Shown here piece by piece: positions 45,344-55,834 of a stretch of 64,000 nucleotides of DNA (positions are counted from its first letter, which is position 1; every line of letters begins with the position of its first letter). The position numbers and the translations under genes were made by a program. Location: positions 256,001 to 320,000 of the forward strand of contig JBFPLN010000003.1 of assembly GCA_051971635.1 (NCBI GenBank), read 5' to 3'. The DNA is from Candidatus Atelocyanobacterium thalassae (GTDB lineage Bacteria; Cyanobacteriota; Cyanobacteriia; Cyanobacteriales; Microcystaceae). The notes beneath the pieces are model-generated. The model was not told the origin of the DNA and searched no databases. It worked only from the letters and a program-made list of their open reading frames with translations.

Positions 45344-46780
45344 TTATAGAAGGCAGTCAGGCAGGAGCCTCTGGGGTAAACAGTCTTGTCTAACTAGATC
45401 GTCATAAGTTTCTCGTCGTACAATCAAATTGGCTTCTCCATTATTAACTAAGACTGCAGCTGGACGTGGTATACGATTATAGTTTGAAGCCATACTATAG
45501 TTATATGCTCCTGTTCCCATTACTACTAGAATATCTCCTGTATGAGTTTGAGGCAACTTAGCGTCTTTGATTACTATATCTCCAGATTCACAATGTTTTC
45601 CTGCAATAGTAAATGTTTCAGTAATTTGTTTTGACATTTTATTGCCTGTAAGAACACTATAAATTGATTGATAAGTGATAGGACGAGGATTATCAGACAT
45701 CCCTCCATCAATGGCAAGATAAGTACAAACACCAGGAATTACTTTACGACTACCTACAGTATAAGCAGTTATACAGGCAGAACCTATTAATGATCGGCCG
45801 GGTTCTGCTATTAGTTTTGGTAATGGTAAGTTATTTCTTACACAGGCTTGCATAACTGACTCACTAACAGTCTTCACCCATTCTTTAATACTTGGAGGAT
45901 CATCATTATAAGTATAAGAAATACCCAATCCTCCTCCAATATTTAATTCATACAAGGTTAATCCTAATTCTTGAGCTTTTTTAAGCCATTCGACTAGAAT
46001 GAAGGCAAGGTCACGATGTGGCTGTTTCTCAAAAATTTGAGACCCTATATGCGAATGTAGTCCTCGACAATCTAAAACTTTGTGTTTAATAACATAGTTG
46101 ATAACAGCTTCAAAATCATTTAAATCAAATCCAAACTTACTACTTAAATGTCCTGTCTTTATATACTCATGAGTATGACACTCAATTCCTGGAGTTAATC
46201 TTAGTAAAATAGGAATAGATTTTTCTGGTAAGTGATTACCAAGCTTTACTAAATTTTCAAGTTCTAACCAATTATCTACAACTATTCTACAATTATATTT
46301 TATGGCTAAGCGTAATTCATCTAGAGATTTATTGTTACCGTGAAAATAAATCTTACTAGCTATTTCTGTCTCAGAATATCCTAATTTTGACATTGCCATT
46401 TGAGCAGTATAAAACTCTCCTCCCGAAACAACGTCAAAGCCTAAATCTTCAGTTGCAATAACTCCAATTACTGAGAGGCAGCTCCAAGCCTTTGAAGCAT
46501 AAATAACTTGAGATGGACCTTTATAATAAAGATTAAAATTATCTCGATATTGACTACAAGAAATCCTCAATGTTGTCTCATCAAGAATATATAAAGGAGA
46601 GCCAAATCGCTCTACTAAATTCTTGATGTTACACTTACCAATTTCTAAATAATCATTATCTATTACTTTAGATGTTAGTGGTAATAAACAATGATTAGAT
46701 GACTCTTGTAAAATTTTATTAGTATACTCGGATATGTAGTCTTGTCCTGTACGAAAAATATATTTTGGGTCAAATACCAT
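45344..46780 (-). CDS. lysA: diaminopimelate decarboxylase
   Basis: YASKA PLP lysine, SKFG, HIGSQI, EPGRS, HCESGD, GAYNYSMASNYN. Confidence 0.97.
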   Translation of the reverse strand: MVFDPKYIFRTGQDYISEYTNKILQESSNHCLLPLTSKVIDNDYLEIGKCNIKNLVERFGSPLYILDETTLRISCSQYRDNFNLYYKGPSQVIYASKAWSCLSVIGVIATEDLGFDVVSGGEFYTAQMAMSKLGYSETEIASKIYFHGNNKSLDELRLAIKYNCRIVVDNWLELENLVKLGNHLPEKSIPILLRLTPGIECHTHEYIKTGHLSSKFGFDLNDFEAVINYVIKHKVLDCRGLHSHIGSQIFEKQPHRDLAFILVEWLKKAQELGLTLYELNIGGGLGISYTYNDDPPSIKEWVKTVSESVMQACVRNNLPLPKLIAEPGRSLIGSACITAYTVGSRKVIPGVCTYLAIDGGMSDNPRPITYQSIYSVLTGNKMSKQITETFTIAGKHCESGDIVIKDAKLPQTHTGDILVVMGTGAYNYSMASNYNRIPRPAAVLVNNGEANLIVRRETYDDLVRQDCLPQRLLPDCLL

Positions 46781-47086
46781 AATTTCCTAATCTTGGGTAA
46801 TTTGGGTACTAAAATAATTAAAAAGTTTACAATCTATCCAAATACTACTGAAGGGATATATTAAATATTACGATATGGCTTTTTCTATATCAATATTTAT
46901 ATTAATGGCAGTTAACAAATACTTTGTAATTCTGAATACAAAATATATTGCAGGTAAATCATCATATAATGACTCAAAAAAATTATCTTTTTTCGATTTA
47001 GTAAAAATTATGTAGGATACTCATTATTAATTTGAAGAAATATTAATAATCTTTCAAGCTAACAGTTAGTATAAATTTTTGTTGCG

Positions 47087-47129
47087 CTAGGTTTAAGACT
47101 ATAATATATATTTTCAATCTTAAACCTAG
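47087..47129 (-). terminator. 12-bp hairpin downstream of rps1
   Basis: CTAGGTTTAAGA-19 nt-TCTTAAACCTAG. Confidence 0.55.
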
Positions 47130-47182
47130 TCTAATTAAGCAAAGGAAAACATTTTACTTAATTAATTGTCAATATAAATAAT

Positions 47183-48262
47183 TTATTCTTCAGGACTATC
47201 TGTAGTAACAACTATTTTATCTTGAACTTCATCTTGAACTTCTTCTTGAACTTCCTCTTGAACTTCCTCTTGAACTTCTTCTACATCTTCTGAAGCAGAA
47301 GGAATATCTTCTACTATATTTTCTTCTTCTTCAGTTATTTCTTCAGGTATTTCTCTACCTTCTGCCTCTGCAAGAAGCTTCTGACGATATTTCTCAGCCA
47401 TTTCTTCCGCTTTTTCAAAAACCACATCTCGATTTTTTAGCATATCCCCAGGCTCGGGTTCAAGCTGTTTTGTTGACAAGGATATTCTTCCTCTTTCAGC
47501 ATCAAGATCAATAATCATAACCTTCAATTCGTCATTAACTCCAAAAACGCTGTGAGGAGTATCGATATGATCATGAGAAATTTCAGAAATATGTAACAGT
47601 CCGCTAACTCCTCCTATGTCAATAAAGGCGCCATAAGGTTTAATTCCGCGAACAGAGCCAATGACAACTTGTCCTACTTCCAGGCCATTCATTTTACGCT
47701 CAACCAATGCACGACGGTGACTAAGAACTAAACGATTTCTTTCTTCGTCAACTTCAAGAAATTTTAAAGGTAATTCTTCCCCAACTAAATCTTCTTTAGC
47801 TTCACGAGTACTTATGTGAGATCCTGGAATAAAACCTCTTAAGCCCTCAATTCTTACAAGGGCACCTCCTCGGTTTGTCGCAAAAACATTAGAGCGAACA
47901 GTTGCGTCTTCTTCTCTTAATTGACGGACTCTTTCCCAAGCTCGCATATATTCAATGCGTCTGATAGATAAAGTTAGTTGTCCGTCTTCGTTTTCATCAG
48001 TTAAGATAAAAAATTCTCTTGTTTCATTCGGCTGGAGAACTTCGTCAGGATCATCTACTCGATTGATTGACATTTCCTGAATAGGAATATAAGCTGCGGT
48101 TTTTGCTCCAATATCAATCAGCGCACCCCTTGGTTCCATACTGAAAACAGTACCAGGTACGATATCCCCGGGACTGAAGTGATAATCATATTTATCAAGC
48201 AGCGCAGCAAAATCTTCGTGAGTAAAACCAATGTCTTTAATTGTTGCTTTCTGATCTATCAT
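47183..48262 (-). CDS. rpsA: 30S ribosomal protein S1 (three S1 domains, cyanobacterial type)
   Basis: FTHEDFAALLDKYDY, GLRGFIPGSHI, KPYGAFIDIGG; start trimmed to ATG 48262. Confidence 0.97.
   Translation of the reverse strand: MIDQKATIKDIGFTHEDFAALLDKYDYHFSPGDIVPGTVFSMEPRGALIDIGAKTAAYIPIQEMSINRVDDPDEVLQPNETREFFILTDENEDGQLTLSIRRIEYMRAWERVRQLREEDATVRSNVFATNRGGALVRIEGLRGFIPGSHISTREAKEDLVGEELPLKFLEVDEERNRLVLSHRRALVERKMNGLEVGQVVIGSVRGIKPYGAFIDIGGVSGLLHISEISHDHIDTPHSVFGVNDELKVMIIDLDAERGRISLSTKQLEPEPGDMLKNRDVVFEKAEEMAEKYRQKLLAEAEGREIPEEITEEEENIVEDIPSASEDVEEVQEEVQEEVQEEVQDEVQDKIVVTTDSPEE
47220..47279. repeat. five tandem 12-bp units encoding (E/D)EVQ in the S1 C-terminal tail
   Basis: (TCTTGAACTTCN)x5 on the + strand. 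Confidence 0.9.
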
Positions 48263-48551
48263 GTATTTCCATTTTCCTATATCTAAATCTCTGATAGTTA
48301 ATGATGCCTCCTGTTGATGCATGTTTTCTAATTCTCAAGTATTTGCCAAAAAGGTTATACATTAATTGAATTAGTAATCATAAAAAATATTCTTCTTAAA
48401 CTTATAAATAAGATAATAAAAATATTGCTAAAAGATTGATTTATTGTTTTGTCAATCAGTGGCAGGATGCAGACCTTTCATCATAGCACCATTTATTATA
48501 ACTTATATTAATTATGATGTTAATCCGTCAGAGAAAGTTTAGATAAAAAAA

Positions 48552-48900
48552 AAGAGTTAGACATAAGCCGGATTCTGTTCTAAAGGAGAGTCATCTATCT
48601 AGGATACTTGTTACCAAGTATCTCTTGCGGTACACCTGAACGGAATTGGAAAAAGATCAACCTATTATTCCTCCGACCTTGCTCCCGACTGGGGTTTACC
48701 GAGCCAGTACCTCACAATACTGCTGGTGTGCTCTTACCACACCTTTGCACCCTTACCTTTTATTGAGGCGGTATTTTTCTGTGGCACTATCCTCACGCTC
48801 ACGCGCACTGGTTATTATCCAGCAAGTCTGATCTTTTGGGAGTCCGGACTTTCCTCAGATTATTTTATTCAAATAACCCGTAACTCTCTCGCCAACTCTT
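48552..48900 (-). ncRNA. rnpB: RNase P RNA (bacterial type A)
   Basis: Minus strand has GAGGAAAGTCCGGACT near the 5' end and AACAGAATCCGGCTTA near the 3' end; P1 AAGAGTTGG/CTAACTCTT; T-run follows; GC-rich island. Confidence 0.97.
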
Positions 48901-49144
48901 TAATAATATATTCTAATATTTTTTATAAAATAATTTCAATTTTTCGTGTGTCTTATGAATAAGATATTCTTAAATTGTACTACTTTTGGTATAAGGTAAC
49001 GATATTTCAACTCTAATTCATAAAAAAAAAGCAAATAAATGTTACTTATATTAAAAGTACATTTCAACATTCTAAATTAGTTTAGCTTATTTATACTTTA
49101 TAAGTAGTTTATAGCTTCTGAAAAACTAGACCTGTCTACTAGTT

Positions 49145-49567
49145 TTAAACTATTTTATCTATAGCATTTCTAAATATCTGCTGCAAAAGCTTGGCAAGCT
49201 TAGCAAAGTTTGATTGATAGTAATTCTGTGAAGGATCAAAAAGCTGTAATTTATTTAATAACTGGGCTTCTTGTATTTGAATATCTCCATCACTATAAAT
49301 TAAAGCACTCAAAGATTCTAGAAGCTCCTGATAATCTTCTGTTGTTGGATTATTTCCTAGATACTCTTCTAACCACTGATAACACTGATCTGCTTTTATT
49401 GGTTTTAACTCTGACAAAAAATACTGTAATTCTATATCGTTAGATAACCCATGATATTCTGACATATATTTTAGATAGTTCCTTTCCTCTACTTGAATAA
49501 TCCCATCTATCCACGCAACTCCAATTAAAATCTTAAGCAATTGCTTATTTTTATATGTTTTATTCAT
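49145..49567 (-). CDS. TerB-like family protein
   Basis: LIGVAWIDGIIQVEERNYL and ALIYSDGDIQIQEAQLL duplicated TerB motifs. Confidence 0.85.
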   Translation of the reverse strand: MNKTYKNKQLLKILIGVAWIDGIIQVEERNYLKYMSEYHGLSNDIELQYFLSELKPIKADQCYQWLEEYLGNNPTTEDYQELLESLSALIYSDGDIQIQEAQLLNKLQLFDPSQNYYQSNFAKLAKLLQQIFRNAIDKIV

Positions 49568-49618
49568 TATTAACTAACTCTTCAATATATTTTGACAACC
49601 AATAAAGTAACTAGTCCT

Positions 49619-50980
49619 CTAACGTATTCTAGTTGAATCTTTTCGTAATTTCACCATGAAAAATCCATCCATGTGATGTTGATGGGGAAATATTTGCAAG
49701 CATCCTGATGATCTTATAAAAGGTGAAAAAAATTTATAAGCAAGAGGTTTTTCGATATGCCACTCAGAATTATTCTTGAGAAAATTATATATAATCGCTT
49801 CATTCTCTGAAATATTTAAAGTACATGTAGAGTAAACCAAAACCCCATTTGGCTTTACCCATTCAGATGCTCTATGTAGTATCTCTCTTTGTATTATTGA
49901 CAACTGTTTTATTTTTTCGGGAGTTTGTCTCCATCTAATATCCGGATTTCTGTGTAAAGTTCCCAAGCCAGAGCAAGGAGCATCTATAAGAACGCGATCA
50001 GCAAAATTATTAAATTGCTGCAAATAACGACTGTCTCCTCTTATTAGTTTAATTGATTTTAATCCTAATCTTTCTATGTTTTGTTGAACTTTGGCAAGAC
50101 GAGATGAAATACGATCACAGGCTAAAATTAATCCTCGATCATGCATTAACTCAGCGATATGAGTAGTTTTTCCTCCAGGTGCAGCACAGGCATCAATTAT
50201 TGTTTCTCCTATTTTTGGATCCAGTAAATAACTGACCAGTTGTGCACTGATATCTTGTACTGTCCAATTACCCTTCATAAATCCCGGTAAATTTTTTATA
50301 TCACCTGTTTTTCCTGCCAGCCTCAATGAGTAGGGTAACTGTGGCAAGTACTCTGTATTTACTTTAGCTTTAGCTAAGTGCTCTTTAACTTCCTCTATAG
50401 TGGTTTTAAGGCTGTTGATACGTATATCAATTGTTGGAGACTGATTAAACCAATAGCATAGTTTTGTCGTAGTATTTCTTCCCCATTGTTGATACCAATT
50501 TTCAACTATCCAATTGGGAAAACTGTATTTTATTGCTATGGTATTTGGAAAACTTCCTGATGTCGTTAATGGATGTTTTTTCCCCTCTTTTACTCTTATA
50601 TGTTTTCTTAATATTGCGTTAACTACTTTAGAAAGACCATTCAAATTATTATTTTTTGCAAGGTCTACACTTGTGTTGACAGCTGCAGATGAAGGAATGT
50701 TATCAAGATATAAAAGCTGATACAATCCAATATGAAGAATACGGCGTAAAACTGGTGGCTGTTTTTGAGATTTTTTGTTTCCTAATTGATCAATTAAACA
50801 ATCTAATGTACGTTGACAACGTATTATTCCATAAACTAATTCTGTACATAAACTACGATCATTTTTATTTAAAATAGTGTGTTCAAGAGCATTATTTAGG
50901 GATATATCAATAAAACTATTATTTTTATCTATTTCTCTTAAAATTTTTAAAGTTAGTTGACGAACATTAGAAACTTTCAA
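49619..50980 (-). CDS. rsmB: 16S rRNA (cytosine967-C5)-methyltransferase
   Basis: NusB-like N-terminus, DACAAPGGKTTH, DAPCSGLG, YSTCT. Confidence 0.96.
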   Translation of the reverse strand: MKVSNVRQLTLKILREIDKNNSFIDISLNNALEHTILNKNDRSLCTELVYGIIRCQRTLDCLIDQLGNKKSQKQPPVLRRILHIGLYQLLYLDNIPSSAAVNTSVDLAKNNNLNGLSKVVNAILRKHIRVKEGKKHPLTTSGSFPNTIAIKYSFPNWIVENWYQQWGRNTTTKLCYWFNQSPTIDIRINSLKTTIEEVKEHLAKAKVNTEYLPQLPYSLRLAGKTGDIKNLPGFMKGNWTVQDISAQLVSYLLDPKIGETIIDACAAPGGKTTHIAELMHDRGLILACDRISSRLAKVQQNIERLGLKSIKLIRGDSRYLQQFNNFADRVLIDAPCSGLGTLHRNPDIRWRQTPEKIKQLSIIQREILHRASEWVKPNGVLVYSTCTLNISENEAIIYNFLKNNSEWHIEKPLAYKFFSPFIRSSGCLQIFPHQHHMDGFFMVKLRKDSTRIR

Positions 50981-51269
50981 GATAAAGTACTATTAAGAAT
51001 TAAGTTACGGATCAATAATGATTGAAAATTAAAATTAACCGTATGAATATACTTAAATTATATGAATAATATTGAAAATTTACTATCATGTAGCATTATT
51101 TAATTTTATTAGATATTACTAGTTAATTTGTTTCTTCAATTAGGACTTTACAAAAGGATAAAAAAGTAAAATAAATAAAACAAGAAATTTAATTTAAACA
51201 AATGTGATACCAAATAAAGAGTGAACAAGTCTAGTATTAAGTATCAGCAAACATACCCAACATTTAGAT

Positions 51270-52004
51270 ATGGACAAAACATTTGGAACCTTGTATGGAA
51301 TTAGTATAGGACCAGGAGATCCTGAATTAATTACTGTAAAAGGGAAAAGATTATTACAAGAAGTACCTGTCATAGCCTTTCCTACAGGGATATCAGGCAG
51401 AAAAGGAGTAGCTGAACAAATAATTTCTTTTTGGGTCGATAATCAACAAATAAAACTACCTTTACATTTTCCCTATGTAAAGAATAAAAAACAATTACAA
51501 GAAGCCTGGAAAAAAGCTGCTTTTAATGTTGAAAATTATCTTCAGGAAGGGATTGATGTAGCCTTTGCTTGCGAAGGAGATGTAAATTTTTTTAGTACTT
51601 TTACATATCTAGCACAGTTTATACTTAAAAGGTGTCCTCAAATTTCAATAAAAACTATCCCTGGAGTTTGTTCTCCAATTGCTTCTGCTTCTGCTTTAGG
51701 CGTTCCATTAACTTTTTATTCCCAAAATCTTGCAATTCTTCCCATAGTTCATAATGTGAATGAAATTCAAATGATAGCCAATTGGGCTGATACAATTGTC
51801 CTGTTAAAGGTCAATTCTGTTTATACTCAAATCTGGGATATTCTACAAAGTCTAAATTTGTTACAACATTCTTCTTTAATTGTTAGAGCTACACAATCAG
51901 AAGAGAATGTATATAAAGACTTAACAAATTATCGACACTTATCCGTTCCATATTTTTCTCTAATGGTTATCCAAACGAATTGGCTAAAAAATCAAGAGAA
52001 ATAA
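51270..52004 (+). CDS. cobI: precorrin-2 C20-methyltransferase
   Basis: GISIGPGDPELIT, FACEGD..FFSTF, IPGV.S, PYFSL. Confidence 0.92.
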   Translation: MDKTFGTLYGISIGPGDPELITVKGKRLLQEVPVIAFPTGISGRKGVAEQIISFWVDNQQIKLPLHFPYVKNKKQLQEAWKKAAFNVENYLQEGIDVAFACEGDVNFFSTFTYLAQFILKRCPQISIKTIPGVCSPIASASALGVPLTFYSQNLAILPIVHNVNEIQMIANWADTIVLLKVNSVYTQIWDILQSLNLLQHSSLIVRATQSEENVYKDLTNYRHLSVPYFSLMVIQTNWLKNQEK

Positions 52005-52141
52005 ATATCGATTTTAATTAAATAATAGATGATCATGTATGTTATATTAGCTGAATCAACAAACTTTAAGAAAATAAAATCTTATTTATTTCTCTAAAGA
52101 TGCTATAATAAAGCTTTTGTATACTAGGAGAAAATTAATAC

Positions 52142-52750
52142 ATGTCTCGTTATAGAGGGCCTCGCCTTAGGGTTGTACGAAGACTTGGAGAACTTCCAGG
52201 ATTAAGTAGAAAAAACCCTCGTCGCACTTATCCACCTGGGCAACATGGTCAGGGTCGTAGAAAACGCTCTGAATATGCTGTGCGACTAGAAGAAAAACAG
52301 AAACTTCTTTACAATTACGGTGTAACTGAAAAGCAACTAATCCGTTACATGAAAAAAGCTCGTCGTGCCACTGGTTCTACAGGGCAAAAACTATTAGAAC
52401 TTTTGGAGATGCGTTTAGACAATACAGTGTTTCGCTTAGGAATGGCTGGAACTATTCCTGGTGCTCGTCAGTTGGTAAACCACTGTCATGTGTTGGTAAA
52501 TGGGCGAGTTGTTAATATTGCTAGCTACCAATGTCGTGCTGGAGATGTTATTTCTGTTCGAAATAATGACAATTCTCGTCGTATGGTAGAAACTAATATG
52601 CAATATCCTGGATTAGCGAATCTTCCTGAGCATTTAGAGTTTGATAAAAATACTTTTACTGGAAAAGTCAATGATGTCATTAAGCGCGAATGGGTTGCAT
52701 TGCAAATTAATGAGCTTCTAGTTGTTGAATATTATTCTCGGAAAGTATAG
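52142..52750 (+). CDS. rpsD: 30S ribosomal protein S4
   Basis: [46 protein letters not shown]. Confidence 0.99.
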   Translation: MSRYRGPRLRVVRRLGELPGLSRKNPRRTYPPGQHGQGRRKRSEYAVRLEEKQKLLYNYGVTEKQLIRYMKKARRATGSTGQKLLELLEMRLDNTVFRLGMAGTIPGARQLVNHCHVLVNGRVVNIASYQCRAGDVISVRNNDNSRRMVETNMQYPGLANLPEHLEFDKNTFTGKVNDVIKREWVALQINELLVVEYYSRKV

Positions 52751-52751
52751 G

Positions 52752-52783
52752 CTAGATAAACAATTTTATAATTGTTTATCTAG
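52752..52783 (+). terminator. 14-bp hairpin immediately after the rpsD stop
   Basis: CTAGATAAACAATT-ttat-AATTGTTTATCTAG. Confidence 0.65.
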
Positions 52784-53074
52784 ATGTGAGATAGAGGTTG
52801 CCTAGGCAACCCTTACTAACTTATGCTTGCTATTTTTAATACATAAAAGCAAATTTAATATATAAATATCAAACTAAATAATTCAAAGGGTTTATCTAAG
52901 ACATATTCTTACTAAATAATTTTTTAGTTACTTTAGATTTAAATTATTTAACCAGTTTTTGTAACAATGTATTTTTTAAATGTTTAAGTAAAAAATAATA
53001 ACTTTATAGTTTTTAGATTCTGTATATCAAATACTTCCATTTAGGTAATTTTTTTACCCATAGCAATTTCTATA

Positions 53075-54250
53075 TCAGTTTTTCCAGTACTTGTAAGCTG
53101 TATAAGCTAAAGTAGTTATTCCTACTGCGATAGCAGATTCATCTATCTCAAATAAAGGATGATGTAAAGGATGATTTATTTGATTTGAATAACCGGTACC
53201 TAATCGAAACATTGTTCCTGGTGAATACTTTAAATAAGAAGAGAAATCCTCTGAGCCTAATGATGGTTCAGATAGTATCTTAACAAAATTATTTCCCCAT
53301 GCTTCTCGAGCAGCCTCTTCTAGAATACCGGTAAGATGAACATCATTTTGAACAGCAGCGACTCCCCATTGATAATCAATTTCATATTTAGCATTATGAG
53401 CTTGACACGTATTAGCAATAATACCTTCTATCCATTGGGGTAGTTGAAACCGAGTTTCAGGATGTAATGAGCGTATTGTACCAGTCATTTTTACCAGATC
53501 TGCAATAATATTGGGAGCATGCCCTCCAGTAATTTGCCCAATTGTTAAAACTAAGGGATGTAAAGGGTTTTGGGTACGACTGATAGCTTGCTGTAAAGTC
53601 GTAATTATTTGAGATGCAATCCATATTGCATCTACAGCTTCATGGGGTCTAGCTCCATGTCCCGATTCACCTTTGATAGATAATTCAATATTATCCACTG
53701 CAGCTGTCAATGTTCCATATTTGATGCCAATGGAACCTGCTGGAAGAGATGGAAAAACATGAACTCCAAGAATTGCATCAACATTGTTCATTACTCCATC
53801 CTCTAACATCCATCTAGCTCCTTGAGCAATCTCCTCTGCCGGCTGAAATAAAAAGCGAATATGACCTCCTAATTGTTTTTTTAATATAGATAAAACAATT
53901 GCAGTGCCTATCCCTACTGTAGTGTGAACATCATGGCCGCAAGCATGCATTATACCTGGATTATAAGAAGAAAAATTTAATTTAGTTTTTTCCTCTATAG
54001 GTAAAGCATCCATATCAGTACGAATCGCTAAAACACTAGAATCTTGAGAGTCACTGATTAAATGTCCTACGACTCCTGTTTTGCCAATAGATTTTTCTAC
54101 AGGGATATCATAGGAAGAAAGTATATTGGCTATATAGGCAGATGTTTGATGTTCTTTTCCACTTAGTTCTGGATAAGAATGTAAATGTCGACGAATCTCA
54201 ACAAATCTAGGTAGAAGATTTTTAACGAGATTTTTTATTTGGGACAACAT
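53075..54250 (-). CDS. M20 family amidohydrolase (N-acyl-amino acid amidohydrolase-like)
   Basis: RRHLHSYPELS, RTDMDALP, MHACGHD, FQPAEE, SEDF, LHHP. Confidence 0.93.
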   Translation of the reverse strand: MLSQIKNLVKNLLPRFVEIRRHLHSYPELSGKEHQTSAYIANILSSYDIPVEKSIGKTGVVGHLISDSQDSSVLAIRTDMDALPIEEKTKLNFSSYNPGIMHACGHDVHTTVGIGTAIVLSILKKQLGGHIRFLFQPAEEIAQGARWMLEDGVMNNVDAILGVHVFPSLPAGSIGIKYGTLTAAVDNIELSIKGESGHGARPHEAVDAIWIASQIITTLQQAISRTQNPLHPLVLTIGQITGGHAPNIIADLVKMTGTIRSLHPETRFQLPQWIEGIIANTCQAHNAKYEIDYQWGVAAVQNDVHLTGILEEAAREAWGNNFVKILSEPSLGSEDFSSYLKYSPGTMFRLGTGYSNQINHPLHHPLFEIDESAIAVGITTLAYTAYKYWKN

Positions 54251-54688
54251 AAAAGTTTTATGGATTATTTATTGTAATGTTAATGGTACTAGTTCAATCT
54301 TAGTAATATTAACACTACAATAATCTAAGAAGTTTAAGAACTTTTTAAGCTTTAGATTCATAATTGTTAGTACTAATTGTTAAGACAAGAGGAATTAAAT
54401 AGCTTAAAATCATGTAAATAGGGTAAATAATTTTATTAGTGTGATAAAAATTGTATTTATAACAAAAATTAAAGCTTTAACTAAATAAATAGTTAAAGCT
54501 ATTTAATATAAACAAATATATTTAAAGAACTAAAATAGTTCTTAGGAAGGATGTGATCATTTGATTTCAATAGATTTGTCAAGTAAATCACACTATAAGT
54601 AAGTTACCCAAAAAATTAATTTTATATGTGTTAGAAGTTAAAGGCTTTTAGCTATTTTTATAAGAAATAGCTAAATGTTTCTACAATC

Positions 54689-55834
54689 TTATAGAGGTAG
54701 ATAAATATCACCAAGTAGCATTGAGCGAGAAGCCCCAGTAACTTGTGGTAAATTGCCTGGTATTTTGCTTACATATCTCCAATAAGCCAAGACTGCAAAA
54801 GAAATTGCTTCCTTGAAATCACTATTTAAACCAGCTTCAGTAGTTGTTTTTACTATAGTATTTTTAGGAGAATGATAATTAATTCGTTCTTTTAGATAAA
54901 AATTATGACTACCTCCCCCACATAAAAATATTTCATCAATAGGACACTTAATAAAATTTTTATAGCTATCAGTAATAGAAATAGCAGTTAGCTCGGTAAT
55001 AGTAGTCAAAAAATCTGTCTCGGATAACTCATACGCTTGAGCATCCTTCCAGCAATTTTCTAAATATTCTTTTCCGAAAAGTTCTCTTCCGGTTGATTTA
55101 GGAGGTATTTTATGAAAAAAATCATGATTTAACCATTTTTCAATTAGTTGATAGTTAGGGTTACCCTGAGATGCCCAAATTCCATTGTTATCATAGAACT
55201 GTTTCCCATTACTTAGCTTTTGAATAGTCAAGTCAATTAACATATTTCCTGGTCCAGTATCCCATCCTGTGATATTTTCATACCAGTCTTTTGTGGATTT
55301 TGGTGGTAAATACGTAACATTACCGATCCCACCAATATTTTGTATACATCTATGATATTGGGGATGACTTAATAGACAAGCATCTACTGCCGATACCAGT
55401 GGTGCTCCTTGGCCACCAGCAGCTATATCCGCAGCACGGAAATTATTAACTGTCGGAATACCTGTGAGATTAGAAATAATTTCTCCTCTACCTAATTGAA
55501 TAGTGTATCCTATGCTATTTATAGCTGGTGGTCGATGGAATACAGTTTGTCCATGAGATCCAATTAACTCTACAGGGAGATGTTCTTTTCTGATTTCTTT
55601 AACAACATCTACGAAAGATAAAGCAATTTCTTCATCTAACTTAGCAAATTCTTCAATTGATAAAGAATTGCCTTCGGAAACCTTCAAGATTTGGTTTCGA
55701 ATTTTCTCTGGATAAGAGTAACTAATATTTAATAAATATTTAATTCTTAGATCAAGATTATTTCCTTGGATTTTTATTAATGCTGCATCAATACTGTCTA
55801 CTGATGTACCACTCATTAGTCCGAGACAATACAT
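54689..55834 (-). CDS. anmK: anhydro-N-acetylmuramic acid kinase
   Basis: GLMSGTSVDSID, SHGQT, GGQGAPL, NIGGI.N, DTGPGN, PPKSTGRE, KEAISFA. Confidence 0.97.
   Translation of the reverse strand: MYCLGLMSGTSVDSIDAALIKIQGNNLDLRIKYLLNISYSYPEKIRNQILKVSEGNSLSIEEFAKLDEEIALSFVDVVKEIRKEHLPVELIGSHGQTVFHRPPAINSIGYTIQLGRGEIISNLTGIPTVNNFRAADIAAGGQGAPLVSAVDACLLSHPQYHRCIQNIGGIGNVTYLPPKSTKDWYENITGWDTGPGNMLIDLTIQKLSNGKQFYDNNGIWASQGNPNYQLIEKWLNHDFFHKIPPKSTGRELFGKEYLENCWKDAQAYELSETDFLTTITELTAISITDSYKNFIKCPIDEIFLCGGGSHNFYLKERINYHSPKNTIVKTTTEAGLNSDFKEAISFAVLAYWRYVSKIPGNLPQVTGASRSMLLGDIYLPL

Noticed and set aside
48646..48962. Two + strand ORFs (61 and 78 aa)
   Set aside because: They lie antisense to the RNase P RNA; its higher GC explains the lack of stop codons
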